Source of the DNA: Candidatus Dadabacteria bacterium
GTDB taxonomy: Bacteria > Desulfobacterota_D > UBA1144 > Nemesobacterales > UBA2774
Length of the DNA: 38,084 bases
Assembly: GCA_050247635.1 (NCBI GenBank)
Contig: JBFWTW010000001.1
Span: forward strand, 1-38,084
Direction: 5' to 3'
Position numbers and translations under genes: made by a program. Under the pieces are notes generated by a model. The model saw only the letters and a program-made list of their open reading frames with translations. It was not told the DNA's origin and ran no database searches. Positions 35,460 through 38,084 of this stretch are shown here, one piece after another. The first letter of the stretch is position 1. The number at the start of each line of letters is the position of its first letter.

Positions 35460-35745
35460 GGTCTTTCCGCCTGAAAGGTGGTCTCATCATCTTCCATAAA
35501 GAGACTAAAAGCCATAAAAAATCAGCGGCATTTCGAACAGGAAGCGCGGCTTAAATCCCCTCCTTCGTACACTCGAATCCCGAATAGCGCGCCGCCTCTA
35601 ATGATTTTACCCTAAATCTCGCTATTTATTCAAGTATTTAGGTTAAATCGCATATACTCCGATTTTGCGCCGCAGCCGGCCTTAATATTTGACAAAACGT
35701 AATTTGCGGAAAGAATAAATGGCAAAAAAACGCCGGAGGCATAAA

Positions 35746-36162
35746 TTGGAACGCACGTTATCAATAATAAAACCAGACGGAGTCGAAAAGAATGTAATTG
35801 GCGAGATCATCTCCAGGTTCGAGAAGAACGGGCTCAAGATAGCAGCCCTCAAGATGGTGCACCTTTCGAAAAAGGAGGCCGAGGGGTTCTACATAGTCCA
35901 CAAGGAAAGGCCGTTCTACGGCTCGCTTACGGAATTCATGTCGAGGGGGCCGGTCGTGCTGATGGTCCTCGAGGGTGAGAACGCCATAGCGAAGAACAGG
36001 GAGATCATGGGCGCGACGAACCCCGAGCAGGCCGAGGCCGGCACCATAAGGAAGGACTTCGCCACCAACATCGAGGAGAACACGGTGCACGGCTCGGACT
36101 CGCCCGAATCTGCCGCGTTCGAGATCGGATACTTCTTCAACGCTTTCGAGCTAGTAGGATAG
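35746..36162 (+). CDS. ndk: Nucleoside diphosphate kinase
   Basis: Matching segments are [29 protein letters not shown] and NTVHGSDS (active-site His). The TTG at 35746 has GGAGG 6 nt upstream and gives the canonical [12 protein letters not shown]-terminus. The track ATG at 35719 would add MAKKRRRHK. Confidence 0.9.
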   Translation: MERTLSIIKPDGVEKNVIGEIISRFEKNGLKIAALKMVHLSKKEAEGFYIVHKERPFYGSLTEFMSRGPVVLMVLEGENAIAKNREIMGATNPEQAEAGTIRKDFATNIEENTVHGSDSPESAAFEIGYFFNAFELVG

Positions 36163-36191
36163 CCGGAAGCATTCACCCAAAAGAACCTTCT

Positions 36192-36232
36192 CTCCCTCCG
36201 GCCGGGAGCATTGAGCCGGAGGGGGATTTAAC
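36192..36232 (+). terminator. Stem-loop after ndk
   Basis: CCCTCCGGC at 36194..36202 pairs with GCCGGAGGG at 36215..36223, with a 12-nt loop. AUUUAACUU follows. Confidence 0.5.
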
Positions 36233-36296
36233 TTCCCTTCAGACAAACCTCTTAAATAATATTAATTTAATCATATAAAAATGGTATCATGGCTGC

Positions 36297-36734
36297 ATGC
36301 GTACTACCGGCAAGAAGGTCCTGGCAGCCCTGCTTTTATTCCTTGCGCTCGCTTCCTGCGACGGCGGGGGGAATAAAGGCACGAATGAAGACAGCTGCAA
36401 TCGGTTCTTCATGCCATTCACCCCGATACCTGAATGTGTAACGGATTACCTGCTCGAAAACTGGACCGCATGTACATGCGCAGGTGAAGAGTCGGAGTTC
36501 GATTTACTCCTTCAGAGCGTCGAGGTGGACGGATTTAACGGCTACCTCTCGGGGAGCGGCATAAATTGGGAGCTGCTATCCTGTACGTCGATATCGTTTA
36601 CCGGGGAAGCAAGCGGAGTTCTGGAGAATATGACCGTGCCCGACGTGAGGACCCTCAAATTTACGATTACTCTGGAGGGTTCCGAGCCGGAGCAGGCCTC
36701 ATGTTGCTGCACCATTGCGCTGGTCGTCGATTGA
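36297..36734 (+). CDS. Cys-rich lipoprotein, unknown function
   Basis: The lipobox is LASC. The mature part has nine further Cys residues, including CTCAG and a C-terminal CCC. GC content is visibly lower than in neighbouring genes. Confidence 0.6.
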   Translation: MRTTGKKVLAALLLFLALASCDGGGNKGTNEDSCNRFFMPFTPIPECVTDYLLENWTACTCAGEESEFDLLLQSVEVDGFNGYLSGSGINWELLSCTSISFTGEASGVLENMTVPDVRTLKFTITLEGSEPEQASCCCTIALVVD

Positions 36735-36778
36735 GTCGTGAAGGTCGAGACCAACAAAGCGGTCGCGTACTACGCTCC

Positions 36779-36823
36779 CTCGCAATGACTCCCCTTTTGT
36801 CATTGCGAGCTAAGCGAAGCAAT
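36779..36823. repeat. REP-like double-hairpin element between convergent genes
   Basis: CTCGCAATGAC at 36779..36789 pairs with GTCATTGCGAG at 36799..36809, an 11-bp stem with a 9-nt loop. This overlaps a second ATTGC..GCAAT hairpin. The core GTCATTGCGAGC-AAGCGAAGCAATC resembles a dispersed palindromic repeat I recall from many uncultured-bacteria genomes. Confidence 0.55.
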
Positions 36824-36866
36824 CTTGTCTTCCGTTGTCCGTTCACTATGACAGCGGAGACAAGTT

Positions 36867-37556
36867 TCAGCTTTCACGGAGAGCATCTCCGTTGATTACT
36901 GCCCCAAGCACGTCTCCAAAATTCCTCGCATAGCTCCTTGCCACGTCCTCCACGTTTAGCTTCTTCCGGAGAATATCGTTCATCGAAGTTACTGTCACGT
37001 CTGTAATACCGCATGGGACGATGAGGGAGAAATACGAAAGGTCGGTGTTCACGTTGAGCGCCGAGCCGTGCATTGTCACGCCACCCCTTACGGCGACGCC
37101 TATAGACGCTATCTTCCTCCCAGCCGTCCATACGCCGGGGTAGCCTTCCCTGCGCGCGCCTTCCACGCCGTAATCCCCGAGCGTGCGAATGATCGCCTCT
37201 TCGAGCGCGCGGACGTAGGCCCTGGCCCCGAGGCCGAAATCCCGGAGCCTTATTATGGGGTACGAGACCAGCTGGCCCGGGCCGTGGAAGGTGACGTCCC
37301 CTCCCCTCCATGTCTTGTGTATCTCGACGCCGCGCCGCTTTATCTCGTCCTCGGGCAGGAGGAAATTCCCGCCCTTTCCGAACCGGCCGTCTGTGAGGAC
37401 AGGCGGGTGCTCGAGGAGAATAAGCGAGCCCGGGGAGCCGGCCCGCCTTACCGCTTCGGCCCTTTCGTTCTGGAGCGTAAGCCCGTCGGCGTAGGGCACG
37501 GTGCCGCGCCATTCGCAGGATATGACATGTCCTATATCGGAGTCCACGGTATTCAT
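36867..37556 (-). CDS. lipB: Octanoyltransferase LipB
   Basis: Matching segments are LLEHPPVLT.GR, RGGDVTFHGPGQLVSYPI, KIASIGV (catalytic Lys region) and PCGI. Confidence 0.88.
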   Translation of the reverse strand: MNTVDSDIGHVISCEWRGTVPYADGLTLQNERAEAVRRAGSPGSLILLEHPPVLTDGRFGKGGNFLLPEDEIKRRGVEIHKTWRGGDVTFHGPGQLVSYPIIRLRDFGLGARAYVRALEEAIIRTLGDYGVEGARREGYPGVWTAGRKIASIGVAVRGGVTMHGSALNVNTDLSYFSLIVPCGITDVTVTSMNDILRKKLNVEDVARSYARNFGDVLGAVINGDALRES

Positions 37557-37653
37557 TGTATATCATCACGGCGGGCTTTCCAGCCGCCTTGCGCCCCGCC
37601 CGGCGGTCGAATATACTCAAGACATCTTTTCCCCTTCCCGGAAGCCCTGAACC

Positions 37654-38084
37654 ATGAAGAAAAAGACCGCAGCAAAAGCAGGATACGCCGAATTCTCACA
37701 GGCTCTCGCCTCGGGGAAGCTCGCGCCCATAATCGTATTCACGGGCGACCAGACTTATCTCGCGGAAAAGGCCGTGGCGGAGCTCAGGAAAGGGCTCCTC
37801 GGGGAAAGCGGCGACATGGGCTTCACGCTCGCCTACGGCGAGAGCGCATCCGGGAAGGAGATCGCCGACAACGCCAGCACGTACCCGATGTTCTCGGGGA
37901 AAAAGCTGATAGTCGTAAGGAACGCCGAGAAGCTCCCGGCGAAGGAGACGGCCGCGCTCGAAGGCTACTTCGCCGCGCCCTCGCCGTCTACGTGCCTCGT
38001 CCTCGACTACACGGGCGGGAAGAAGCCCAAGCTGCCGAAGGCCGACATAGGGCAGTACGACTTCTCGACGGAAAAGGGCGGGAC
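37654..38084 (+). CDS. holA: DNA polymerase III delta subunit (HolA), N-terminal part running off the window
   Basis: This is not in the ORF track because it has no stop within the window. It reads MKKKTAAKAGYAEFSQALASGKLAPIIVFTGDQTYLAEKAV...YPMFSGKKLIVVRNAEKL, which fits the HolA N-domain pattern. Confidence 0.6.
   Translation, partial: MKKKTAAKAGYAEFSQALASGKLAPIIVFTGDQTYLAEKAVAELRKGLLGESGDMGFTLAYGESASGKEIADNASTYPMFSGKKLIVVRNAEKLPAKETAALEGYFAAPSPSTCLVLDYTGGKKPKLPKADIGQYDFSTEKGG

Noticed and set aside
1-38084. A scan for CRISPR arrays, tRNA/rRNA genes, transposases, integrases, phage genes and known defence-system signatures.
   Set aside because: I saw no spaced identical repeats, no cloverleaf-like sequences in intergenic gaps, and no recombinase or nuclease-defence motifs. 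The window looks like core chromosome with a few lineage-specific insertions.

Overview
The window is visibly GC-rich bacterial chromosomal DNA, almost fully coding, with most genes on the minus strand. I saw no rRNA, tRNA, CRISPR array, transposase or integrase.

Gene content from left to right:
- A compact clade II-type nitrous-oxide reductase locus: monoheme cytochrome c, nosZ, an unknown ORF, a nosB-like gene, then nosD, nosF, nosY and the start of nosL.
- Two tandem 16-bp palindromes upstream of that locus.
- sufU-sufS, then a CBS-pair protein.
- A fused cobA/hemD gene, then rsmE.
- A variant System I (Ccm) cytochrome c maturation locus: ccmA, an AT-rich gap, ccmB, ccmC, a membrane protein, a lipoprotein-CcmD fusion, ccmE, ccmF, a zinc-ribbon protein and a cytochrome c fusion protein.
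- An SDR epimerase and a small unknown ORF.
- A pyruvoyl-type arginine decarboxylase.
- rmuC, recN, an RpoD-like sigma factor and proA.
- A sugar-nucleotide/modification block: UDP-xylose synthase, APS kinase, and a NodU/CmcH carbamoyltransferase with two small membrane-protein genes.
- A large J-domain/TM/repeat/LysM/NTF2-like protein.
- ndk, a Cys-rich lipoprotein, a REP-like hairpin element, lipB, and the start of holA.

The best candidate for undescribed biology is the Ccm locus at 12130..20703:
- Its CcmE carries the Cys (CxxxY) variant of the heme-binding site.
- No ccmG or ccmH is visible in the window.
- Four non-canonical genes are interleaved with or appended to the ccm genes.
- An AT-rich non-coding island splits ccmA from ccmB.

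All functional calls rest on motif recognition by eye. No database search was possible.
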